From the NCBI GenBank assembly GCA_002269645.1, contig NIVC01000268.1:372001-436000 (forward strand): a stretch of DNA of 64,000 nucleotides, in the 5' to 3' direction. Both the position numbers and the translations under genes were made by a program. How positions within the stretch are numbered: the stretch's first letter is position 1; each line of letters opens with the position of its first letter. The notes beneath the pieces were generated by a model that saw nothing but the letters and a program-made list of their open reading frames with translations, made no database searches and was not told the DNA's origin. This document shows positions 11,001-23,200 of this stretch, piece after piece. The stretch is from Macrostomum lignano. Taxonomy: Eukaryota.

Positions 11001-14000
11001 GCTGCCGAGGTCGTGGAAGAGAACCCAACCGCTGGATCGAATGCAGGCTAACAGGTTGTACTGGCTACAGAGTTTTTGTGTGGGTGCAAATGTAATTTGG
11101 TTACTGCCTTCCAGTTACATTAGCTACTGGCAGTTGTGGCTTAAAGTACACTTCTTTTCTAGCATGGCTTAACTACCACCACGAATCTATGATGGTTGTG
11201 GCTTAACTACTATCACAAATCTAACAGTTGTGGCTTAACTACTATCACAAATCTATAACAGTTGTGGTTTAACTACCCTCAGTTGTACCACAGAACTCAC
11301 ACGCTCAGATGCAAGCCAACAGTTTTCTCCGATTCAGGATTTTTCTCATAGCCAGTCTGAGCTTCCAGCTCTTGCAGTTCTCGCATCACTTCCGGATTCG
11401 TGCTCCGTCGATGACTGACTGCTCGATCAATCAATTTCTGTCGATCCCAAACGCAACAAATATTGTCCTTAGCAACGGTTAGTAAATAACCTCGCCAGGA
11501 CCAGCACAATAACAGTTCGCTCTCGTGCCCACCAATGCTGCAAAGCGTTTCGGCTTCGTCGAGATATTTACTAGCTTGCAGGGTTGCCGGTCGAAAAGTG
11601 CTGACCGTGAGATGTCGATCGTGGTTGAGGCAGTGGCACACCAGGCCCTGTTCAATTGACAGCCAAGCCATGCCGGTCACAGCGTGCCTGCTGGCGGGAA
11701 TTCTGCTGACAACCCGATGTCTGGCCATGTCGTACACTAGTATTGGCCACTGACTGTTGCCATTGATGATTATGTGCTGATTGTAGGCTGCCAATAGGAA
11801 TCTAGCGTCCGGACTGGGACACAGCAGGCTCAGCTTGTACTTTACGTAGCCATTCGGTAGACGCTGTGCTTCGCCCTTGCTGACGTCAATCAGAGCCAAA
11901 TCGCATTCGCCAGTTTTGTCCAAATGAGACGTACTCAACGATGGGAACTCGCTTGTGACGAAGGTGTGCGGACCGACTGGCACGAGGAGCTGATTCCAGG
12001 TAGCTAGGAACTCCAGCTGGTCTCTGACCAACGAAGCCGTGAATTTATCTTTATCGGAGTACTCTTCGCCAATAAACGAACGAATTCTATAAGACAGTTT
12101 TTCGGACTCAACGGGCCAGACTAGGTACTCGAGTAGGCTGCTAATTCCTACCACGTAGCGACCGCACACAGACGTGAATGCGTGCAGAAGAACGTCCTCG
12201 GAGTCCAGAGAGTACACGACTCGAACCTTGGGCGCATCACTGCTGGACAAAGATTCCAAGGGGAAATCGAACAGCTGCAGTCTAGAGGCTTTCGGATTGG
12301 TGAGGTCAAGACAGAGAAGCGACCGCCCGGAGTGAGTAAAGCAGAGACGCCAGCACTGCTGCGGCGACCCGAATACCAGAGACTTGCTGACCGTGTCAAA
12401 CACGGCGTCCATGCCCTGCGACATTCGTGAAAAAAAACAAAAATGTTTTGTTCTTCCTTCTAAGGACAATGTTACACACAATGACAGACGCACTTTAATA
12501 AGTCTCTATTTTTCCTGAAGTGCACTGAAAAGCAGTAAAAAAGTCAGAAATTTAACTAACCTTTGCCTGTTCGTAACTCTTGTCCCGATTGAAAGTGACG
12601 GACAGAATAACATATCGCTGATCAGCAGCATTTTGCTGTTTAACCTGATGAATATCAAACGGCAAGTCGAAGCTGTCAGTCATGCGCAGCCGAGTGTCCA
12701 GCATCTGCAGCTGTGAGGTCCCGCCGTGTTTGAATTGCGTCACGAATAGCGATTGGTAATCCAGCGAGCGAGCGAACGGGCTGTCGTTGAAACGACCTGG
12801 CATGAAATTGAATAGAATGTTTGACAGGATTCTACCCTCGTAAAATAAGATTATGAAAATATATTTAAAATTTGGACACTATTTGACAGCATCTTTGACT
12901 CACGTAGAGGTTACCTACGTGTTAGAACCGATGGGTCAACCCATTGGGAACTAGGTTCTCGAACTTTTTAGTACACAATATCCACTGATTATAAATTAGA
13001 CCCCCAACCAATTTTCACGTGGAAAAATAAAAAAGCAGCAATTACCAGTGTTAAATAAAAATCTACTCACCTCCGGGGTATCCGCACACAACTTCCCGCC
13101 TAGCAACAAGTTCTCCGCCTGGTTGCGGCACGCACTGGCTTAATGGCAGCAGACAGGGAGCCTGCTGACCTTCAGCGAGCTCTACGGCGCGCTTGCAAAG
13201 AGTTTTAAAGTGCACCGGCACGCTGCTGCAGCCGGCCCACTGGCCAACCAGCTGCGCAGTAAGCGATCTGGGGCTCGAGATCAAACAGCTGTGTAGAAGC
13301 TCCAGCGTTGCTAAGAGATCTTCGCAGGCTCGTTTCGATTTGTTATCGGCTTCGTTTATGGACGCCTTTTCGATAGCCAACTCCAGGTCACTGAGCAGTC
13401 TAGACAGGCCTAGGGCTTCAGCGACGCCGATCAACCAATCGACGTTGCAGGCGTATCGATCGACAAATTCGGCAACTCGACCGCCCAGCATGAGGTGGTG
13501 CGGCAGCTCGTCTAGTTGACGAAGATTCAACTGGAACGAAGTCAGTCGAAGTGGCTGCGCAGGAGCGCCTCTGTCGCAGTCGGCGTACGAAGCTTTCTTG
13601 CGCTTGAACAGCTCCAGCGGTTTTGTTTGACCGTACCAGCGTCCTGTGTTGAAGGGTTAAAAACAACACATACATACTAATCATTCATACGAAAACAAAA
13701 TCCTTATCACTTCCCTCCTCGCAGTACCGTCTGTGAATTTCTAAGAAAACTTACCGCTAAAGTAATCAGCAAGGCAGCTGTGCAGTTTCTCGTTCAGCTG
13801 AGAGTCGCTGCAGTAGCGCCTCTCCGCAGCCTCGGCAAACTGCCTATGGTACCAAGCCACAACTCTGGAGCCGCCGAAGCCCTGCCTAGTGACTAAATAC
13901 TCTCCGCAATCGTCCCTGATTCTAGTCCACAGCAGTGGCGGGAGGCGCACCATCTTTGGATCTGGCGGCAGCTGATGCAGATAGGTATCCTGGAGGACCT

Positions 14001-16896
14001 CGTCGTCTAGCGAGAGCACGTCTTCGAGCTCCTGCTCGGTGAGGCCGGACCGACTCAGCGCTAGATAGGCGAATGCTCGAGATACTAGCATCTGACCATG
14101 GCTTTTCTCCAAGCCGGTCAGGACCTGATCGATCGCCTGATCCAAAGTTGTTGGCAGTGAGTCGTTCCCAACCTCAGTAAATGAGCGCCATTTTAGAGCC
14201 TGATCAACCAGAAGCTTTGAAAACAACGGCTGGCCAGTTTTGGATACTGATTGAAGCAGCACCTGTCTCTGTCTATCGTAAGGGTTGGGAAACGGGGCAC
14301 GGAATGTAGGCGAGCTCAAATGACCATAGGAAAGTATCGCGGGATCATTTTTGCACAAATACACCAAGCGAGACTTACTTTCCCGTGAGACTTCTTCCAG
14401 CAGCTTTGAGAAGCGACTCAACTAGAGCCTGTGAATCGGCCGGAACCATCGGGTCCAGCTGCACCAGGCAGTCATTGGGAAATCTACCGCGAGCGCTGCT
14501 CAAACAGACGCCGAGGCAGCGATCGCTAGCAAAAGTGACCACGAGTTTGACATTCGCTGGCAGCTCAGAGGGTAAGAAGCTCAAACTATGAGCACCATCA
14601 CTAGTCTCAAGTTGGTCCACCGAGTCGAGCACAAGAAGCAGAGCTCGTCCGTCAGTTGCAGCCGCTGACGCTCGATAAAGCAGCGCTTTGAAATGCTTGA
14701 CAAGAAAGTGATAGTCTGTCGACAGCTCTGGATCGGTGTGCACGTCAAGTTCGTGCAAGCTGTACAGCAGGCAGATCTGGTGGCACATAGACGCCAAGAG
14801 TCGTTTGATAGTCAACGACTGAGCAGATGTTCCTAGGAATCTTAGCACTTTCACCGGCACGGTTGGGAACCAGGCGTCTGCAGTGGATGCCACCGCGGCG
14901 GCTAAGGATGTCTTGCCGCTGCCCGAAGGTCCGTGCAGGATCACTGGGCGGGAAATTAGATCGCCAGGCTGTGACAGCGGCGACTCCGTCAGCTTGCGCT
15001 GTCGCTCGCGCTCGCGCTCCTAGAGAGGAGGGAATAAATATTTGTGAGCTACACAGGTACATATTATATTGAGTTTAGGCTCAAGGGTACTTATGTTCGC
15101 AGCGAAAAGTACTACTGAAAATCAAGTTCTATAGCGTCAACACTGAGCTTAGTTTGGCCCAATCTAATGCCTAACCTCTGTGTCGTCCATAGCGAAACTG
15201 ACTCCCATTTGCTCCTGCAACGCTTCGCCCATCTTCTGGTGCTGTTGGCTTGGACTTTCTTCTTTGTCTTCGTCCTTTTGAGTTTTGGCCGCGGTTGCAT
15301 CACCCTGAGAACGGCGCTCACTCATCAAAGCGAGACGGACTCGCTCAAGATCAGCTGAGCGGCCAGCGAAGGTTTCTAGTTTACTGACAGCCAGATGCAG
15401 ATGATGCAGTACTTCAGTGTACAGTTCCGGCGACTCCATACTGTAAGAAAATTGAGATGACCTAGCGGAGTCCACCTGTTGGCAAACAAGGTTGACGAAA
15501 TCGCGACAGAGATTCTTTAGATAGTGCGTGTGCGACAGCAGGCCGCTGTCAACACCTTTATCTGTCCATTTCAGTCCCAAGTACTTCAGCATCTGCGACT
15601 CGGACAGCACGGCGGAAATCTTTGTTGATTTTAAACGGTGCAGAAGCGCCTGCGGTTCAGAGGCCACCTCGCCATCCTCAATGTCGATGAAACGACCTGA
15701 ATTTGTTAATGTAAAAACGATGCAAGTTTACAATTTCTATGATTGTATTAATGACGTGATACCAGATCAAACTCACTCGCTATTCTGTCGCCGATATTTA
15801 TTTCGTCGAATTCTCGAACTATGCACAGGCAGCGAGAGTCAGCATCAACTCTAGCCTCGGCATCAAGTAGTCCCGCTTGAATTTCTTGCTCAGTAACAGA
15901 GGCTAGATACTTGAATGCGTCAGCTTCAGTCATTGTTGCCTTGGAAACGCAGGATTTGGCGCAGGATCGAAGAAATTCCGTTATGGAAGCGTTCTCCAAT
16001 TGCCATTTTTTCTCGTCTTCCCGTCGGAGTCTTTCATCATCTCGATTGTCGTAGTTGACCAGCACAGCCGTAATTGGCAGCAGAACGTAACGTGGAGGTC
16101 GCGAGTTTGCGTCAAGTTTGAACCAACGATGAATGGATTGATCATCCAATTTAAGGCGTTTAGCTTCGTCAATGAGCTGATTGAATTCTTCAGTAGGAAT
16201 CTCGTTGGGATAGTAGCGGTGACCATATTTCGCACCTAAGATTACCTGGAATATTTATTTTCCTTACTTTTAAAAAAAAGATTCATAACTGACTTGTAAC
16301 TTATTGGCAGAAAAATAGAGACAGGTTTTTATTTCTAAATGTGTACATGTCTAGCCTTAGAAATTTAGTGTGTTACTCACAGCAAAACATGGTCCCAACG
16401 AAACCTGGCGACATTTCAACACCTCTCGAATGCACAGATCCGTCGTTTTGTGCTCCAACGCTGCGTCGTCTCTGACGCCCCATCGCATGTCGGCAACCTT
16501 TGAATTATTCACGAATCAATCAGTAACATTAAGCCCTCAATATCAAGACGGCTACCGATGTACCTGAAAGCTTACCTGAAAATCGAGTCGTCTTTCTCGG
16601 CAGTAGACCCTGAGTTTAGGAATCGCATCACGAAATAAAGCATTGCGCTCTTCGCCAGTGTCTGAGTGAGACAAGCATACGAATTATTTTTGTTGACATC
16701 TAGAAACTATCTGAGCCTTAATTGATCAACAAAAAGATTTAAATCGCTGAAGTAAGTTATACTGTTTCTCACCTGTAAAAGTTGAGCTCAAAAACACTCT
16801 GACAATTGTCTTCTCCTGATCTGGCAATTCGCGCAGCCAGCCTTCAAGGACCTGCTTAAACTTGGCTTCTGCACTCTCCCTGCGAGATGTGAGCAT
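8023..16896 (-). CDS. NACHT domain- and WD40 repeat-containing protein (NWD1/NWD2-like; DUF4062-like N-terminus, NACHT, WD40), ~1850 aa, 13 exons
   Basis: Exons: 16896-16773, 16661-16576, 16497-16381, 16245-15777, 15696-15176, 15019-14379, 14272-13755, 13643-13071, 12796-12561, 12415-11301, 11103-10877, 10802-10606, 8751-8023. All phases are compatible. Motifs: RVFLSSTFTD, DMRWGV, Walker A GPSGSGKT, Walker B LLVLDSVDQL, NLRQLDELPHHL and WD40 repeats. Confidence 0.9.
8880..10515 (-). repeat. 22-bp minisatellite family A, array 2, in the last intron of the NWD gene (sense to the gene)
   Basis: The + strand reads (CTGTTAGACACAGAGGAGTCAC)n, the reverse complement of array 1, with indel variants. 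Confidence 0.97.
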
Positions 16897-18884
16897 GCTG
16901 GATTTACTGGATTTTATCCAGCTATATTATTTTTGTTATTATGAAATTAAGTGTGTGGAAAATGCTTGGTTTAGCATTGGAATAAAATTGAAACAGCTCA
17001 AGTTTAAGCGACTATTAGGAATAGCAAGAACAAAAATAGCAACATGAGTTTGTGCACTAATATAAAATGTGTGCTACCAGCTTGTCTATATAATATTGCC
17101 ATCTGTAATAATTAAGATTGCATTATGATTTTAAAACATAAGTAAGCTTATAGTTGTGCAGAACTAGAAAAAAATCTACAGCTCTGTTATTGAATAAAAT
17201 TTTCAGCATTTAATTATTTCTATCTGTTATTTTTAACATAAAAAAGCTAGTGTGCAGGGCGATTGTGGCAGGCGGGTTGCCACTAAACTGTAATACTTAA
17301 AACTTAATAATAATAATTTTTCCAATTTAAATTGGTGCCCAATTCCTGGACTTTTTATTTTTATTTTTCAACGTTTGTGCCGCATTATCCTTTCCCATCG
17401 TTGCCCTTGTGCTTCCCATTGTTGTCCCTTTGGGTTGCCCTGCCGTTGAAGCGATTTTTCCTTTTGTTGATCCCTGCCATTTTGCTATCCAATGCTATGT
17501 GTTTAATTCGTCCATCTGGTTGCCCACATGTTCGCCCATCCTGTAGCCCAGCTATCCGTCCCAACCCCCGTCCCTGAATTGAGTTTAATAATTTTGCTTA
17601 TATAAACTGCGGTTCTGCCGCGATGATTTTTGCTCTCTGCCTAAACTCCAACTCCACCTCCTACTCCTGTTTAAGTTGTTTATTTGGTGATAGTCTTGTC
17701 CCGCCTCCTATAACTCACTGTTCGTTTTGTCTGGTTGCTCGGTCGATTGTTTATACGTCGCCGCCCAAAAGAATTCTGGTGCGCAAGTAATAAATCTACG
17801 CCTGCGGATAGTACAAATAAACCAACTACTCCTATAATATAACCAATAAATAACGACGACAAGTTAATCAATAACTTCTATTTATCCGTTGACATTGCCA
17901 TAGCTTATCTTAAGTCATTTGCCCGTGGGGCGTAAAATAACCAATTAGTCTCAACTCAAAGAAAGCTCGGGGACTCTATTCGTTCCGTAATACGTAAATT
18001 ACGGTGGTGGCAGCAACTACCCTACTAAAAGTAACAAGTTCAACTCATCGACGCATTAATTTACGGAGACAGAATCTCCTGTGTTCTACAACTGAACGAC
18101 CGTGCCGCTCTACGACCGCTCCGCTACGATTACAACTACCCTCCCCCCGGACTTGAGAACCCGGCTGTCGGAGTAAAAGGAGAAGAAATTCATTGAGATT
18201 ATCGGCGCGAGTTTTCCGGCTTTATTCGTGTTTCAACAACGCCGGCGGCAATTCAAACGAGGAATCCGCCCCACCTCATTGGTGTCAGCAAATTTTCAAA
18301 ACCGACCGATCAATAATTCTCTTCTTCTCCACCCCCACCTCACGATCTATAATTGTATGAGTAATAATGTTTTTAAATTCGTGCCTAAACGCTAAGTAAA
18401 TAGTTTGTTATACTGTACGATTTTCTCATAATATTTTACAAATATAATTTTTGTTTTAAATCTACGAGTAAAATGGTATAAATAGAAGCAATTTTGGTGG
18501 AGGAAGAAGAAACCTCGCGCATCGCGGTTCAATAATAAAACAGTTGATAGCTAATCGTAAGAGTTCCAAGAAAATAAGAAGTGAAGAAGTGTTTTCTGTG
18601 TTAATTCTTTTTAAGAAGTAAGAGTGAAGTAGACAGAAGTGTGTACCGTATATACTACTGAGAAGGAAAGTGTTGAGTAGTAAGAAGTTGCGAAGTAGAT
18701 CTGAAGTAATATGTGTAAGAATAATGGAGGCTGTGACCCTCTGATCTCGGTAACGCCCAAGGACTTGCAAAGTACATGAAATACATATACCAGTAAGACA
18801 AAATACCGCTCAGGCCATTATTAAATAGAACGCTACCAAAATAATCAGAAGAGTAAAATCTTTCAGGGCTAACAGTTTTTCTAA

Positions 18885-18965
18885 GAATAATACTCAGACT
18901 AAATACTCAGACTAAATACTCAGACTAAATACTCAGACTAAATACTCAGACTAAATACTCAGACC
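18885..18965. repeat. 13-bp tandem repeat (AAATACTCAGACT)n, ~6 copies
   Basis: Directly visible. Confidence 0.85.
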
Positions 18966-20261
18966 TATTCTAAGAAACATTTCTCGGATTATTCTAAGAT
19001 TGATAAACTCATAACTTATTAATAGGATAATCCTGGTGGCAGCTACCAACCTAAGAAGAACACTTAAGAGATTAGTAAATTAGCCCTGTGATAGCTTTTG
19101 GTGACAGTGTGAAATTATTATTAAGAAGAAAGAATCACCCCTGTTACAACTTTGGTGGCATTTAGTAGGATTCTCAGTGCACAGGAAACACACCTAGTAC
19201 AACTTTGGTGGCATAACGGTGAAATTCTTATAAAGAGCCAAAAGGCCTGTAACACTAGCAAGATAATTTCAAATATGTAAATTAAATACTTGTAAAACAA
19301 ATAATGCAAAAAGTATGTATTTTAAAACTATTCTAGTAACATAGTAATTCAGCTATGAAGTCATTATTGCATAACCCAAATTCTCAGAAGTTATTCATAC
19401 TTCATTAATTTTTGTGGGATTCAAATCTCTTTTTAATAATGAATGATCTGCCTTTTGGCTTGTGCTTACAAAATGTGAATGAGGCATTCGAAAGGAAGCT
19501 GTATTGTTTTAAAAATTTATCTATTTATGTGAGAGCAGAACTTTTTATTACACTTTTAAAATATTATTCGATTTGCAAAAATTACTCATAGTAATAGTAA
19601 ACAAACATCTTAAGTCGACCTTAGAATGGCTTAGATAAAACGTTTATTGATTAAATAGAAAATATCCTGTGTTTGTTACGCTGTAATAGTTAGAATTTTC
19701 GAGATAAAGATAAATTCTGTCATATGAGAAGTTAAAAAAACCTTTGTGACGGTACTGCCAAACCTCATCCCCGTGTTATTGGTTGATAATTTAAATTTAT
19801 ACATTGAAGTCATTAAAAATTTTATGCAAATCACCGTATCGATTTTGTTCTCCTTATTTCGTTTTCTTTAGCAACGAATGTAGAAGCGTATTAATTTTAT
19901 TTTAAAATTTTATTTTAAATTTTAAAATAGATTTTATTTTTGTAGTTACTTGAGCCAATCAACAGAGTTTACTTTTTTATTTATTTTTTGTTTTGTACTT
20001 TGTTAAGATGCAGTTTTCTTTGAACTGAACTAAATTAACTGCACGAATTTAAATAAACCTACATGCTTTATTGAACTTGGCAGACCAATTGACGCCAGAT
20101 AGAACTGAGACAAATTTAATGGAGCACATATGTTGCTCTAGTTTTGCTATTATAATTACTTCTCTGTCTCTATTTAAACTACGAGTAATCGCTGCGAATT
20201 CTCTCAAACTTTACGAAGATATCTCCTAGAGTGTGGCTGAATTTTCGCCGACTGCAGTATA

Positions 20262-23200
20262 ATGCTGCAATTTCTTCGCTTGCAATGCTATCATTATCAA
20301 GCTCGTAGATTATTTGGAAATTTTGCTGGCAGAGGCAATGCTAAAAAGGTCCTGGCTATTCGACGAGAGACTATTAATCTGTGGGAGAGACGCGCTCCAC
20401 TGTCGCCTAATCATGTTCGCAAACTAGTCAAAGAAGGCCTTAAAGTTATCGTTCAGCCTTCTAATCGACGAGCCTTTACGCATAATGTGAGTATATTTTT
20501 AAGCTTTTTATTTGCTACACTTTAAAGTCCTTCAGAAAATAATTATGAGTTTAAGTTTGGCTGTTTAATTTTTATTTTTCCTGCCCCCCCCTCTAATACA
20601 GGAGTACCTTCAAGCAGGAGCCGTGATTCAAGAAGATTTATCGGAGGCACCCGTTATTATTGGTGTGAAATCGGTGCCATTGGATTATCAAAGTCTCATG
20701 CCAAATAAAACCTACGCATTCTTCTCGCATACCATCAAGGCTCAAGAGGAGAACATGCCCCTGTTAGACACTTTACTAGAACGCAACGTTCGCTTATTAG
20801 ACTACGAAAAAATGGTGAATCCCGGTGGCAAAAGAATAGTGGCTTTCGGAAAATATGCCGGCATAGTTGGTATGATCAACATTCTGAATGGATTGGGTAT
20901 TCGATTGCTGGCACTAGGGCATCACACTCCTTTTATGGTAAGCCCCTTAGTTTTAGTTAACCTTGGGAAAAATGAGGTTTGTTATTTACATGTAGCCACG
21001 TGGTTTTTGCTTTCATTTTAATATCATTTTCAGCTGCTCACTCAGCACTCACTAGTCTCTTCTCTGCATGCCTTTATTTACATTTGTAAACATGTTTACG
21101 ATTCGAATTTTTTTCTTTTGGATTTTCGTCTTCCTGGCTTCACAACAAGAAACTTTATTTTCTTTAGCCGCTAAGTGACCCGGCCTCGAGGCCCTCCTCA
21201 ACCTGCTAAACGCGTCAAGGCCGCGCGCCATTCATTCATACCCTTCACTCTCTACCCCTACCCCAGCGGCTCAAGAGGGTATTCAGGAGCACGCACATTA
21301 ACTGTCCTAATGTACATTGAACCCCTCGCCCAGCCCCCCCCCCGATGATATGCCAATGTACATCTCGTTGCCCAAAGGACGAAGGAATGTGGGTGTGGCT
21401 TTGATGCTCTGACGGGCCGCAAGCGCCAGGTCACGTGATCATTTATTTAAAGTTTAGAATGGCACTTTATTTTATTATGGCTCGGGCGGGGTTGCAGATC
21501 GTGGGCCGAGATACAGAGTGAAGAGAGGGAGAAGAGAGAGGTAAAATTGTGAATAGCAGCTTGAATAAAAAATGAGCCCATTCAAAAGCCACTCCTTTTC
21601 TAGTCTTCTTCAGTCAATTCAACCAGTTTTTAGTCTAAAATTCGTTGTGTTTCCTAAACAAGAAACAGTGTATAACAAGAGCCCAAGAGATTCTATTATT
21701 TAACTATTTAACTAGGCATCAAACTATTTATTTGTCCAAGACCTTCCCGCATACCCTGGTCCTTTTCATAACCTACTGCAGAGTGCAGTCTACCACTTAC
21801 CAGCAAGTTGTATCTAGATATGCCATGCCTTGTAGCTACCCTTATACAATTGAATTCGCTACCTTCATTGGAGTTCTCAGACAAATGAGAAGTTATAGTT
21901 AAGTTAAATGAAGCTACTAGGCTAGAGCTATTGAGGTGGGGTTGTGGGTTCGTTTCATTTTCATTTTCTATTTTATTACTCAAACTTTCTGCTTGCGGCC
22001 TTCGTGTCTGAGGCAGTCGATTGCGCTATCAAAGCAACCGAGAAGTTTCTTCTACGAGCTTAAGTATTTGCAGTTGCATTATTTTAAAAGTACAAGTCCA
22101 ACTTTAGTATTAACATTCTCTCATGTAGCCATAGATAAATTGGAGTATTTCTTACCAACGTTAACTTATATTATAATGTCGGATATTATTCAGATTGACC
22201 TTAATTGTTAAAATAAATCTAAATCGATTCAGTGGTTAACTATTGTACTTAATTTTTTTGATGGTAAAGGTTGAGAGGATAATGAAGTTTGAGGAAATGG
22301 AGTTTGGTGATATGAAGTGTGTGGGATAAGAAGACTCGGGGTATGAAGTTTAGAGAGTGAATTTTGGGGGTATGAAATTTGGGGGTATGAAGTTTGGGGT
22401 ATGAAGTTTTGGGGGTATGGAGGTTGGAGGGATGTAAAAGTTTGAGGATATGAGTTTGGGGAATACAAAGTTGGGGTATGAAATTTGGGGGTATATAAGG
22501 TTTGGAGGGTATGAAATTTGAGGGTATTTAAGGTTTGGGGGTATGAATTTTGAGGGTATGAAGTTTGGGGGTATGGAGTTTTGGGGATATGAAGTTTGAG
22601 GATATGACGTCTAGGGTGTTTAAAGGTTGGGACATATGAAGTTTGGGCAATACGAAATTTGGGGGATATGAAGATTGGGGGATATGAATTTTGGGGGTAA
22701 AAATTTTGTGGATTAAAAAAGTTTAGTGATTTTAGGGGTGTGTAATCTGCGGATTGAAAAAATTCCATTGACAAAGGTTTACTACTGCATTTACTTACAA
22801 GATGACGATGCATTTCCTGCTTAAATTGAAATACATTTTACTTCCGCCTTTTACTTAATATGTTGCACCAATCGACAGCACATCGGACCGGCGCACAACT
22901 ATCGCAGTGTGGAAATGGCCAAACAGGCTGTCCGCGACACTGGCTACGAGATATCGTTAGGCAATTTGCCGAAATCAATCGGCAACATGGTTGTGGTGTT
23001 TACCGGTTCCGGTAATGTCAGTCAAGGCGCTCAGGATATCTTTCGCGAACTGCCATTCGAAATGGTGCAAGTTGATCATCTGCCAGATATTGTGAAGCAC
23101 GGTTCCAGTTCAAAGATCTACGGTTGTGTTTGTAGTCGTTCGGATCATATTCGGCACCGCCAGACTGGCAAATTCGATCCCGAGGATTACGCTCAGAATC

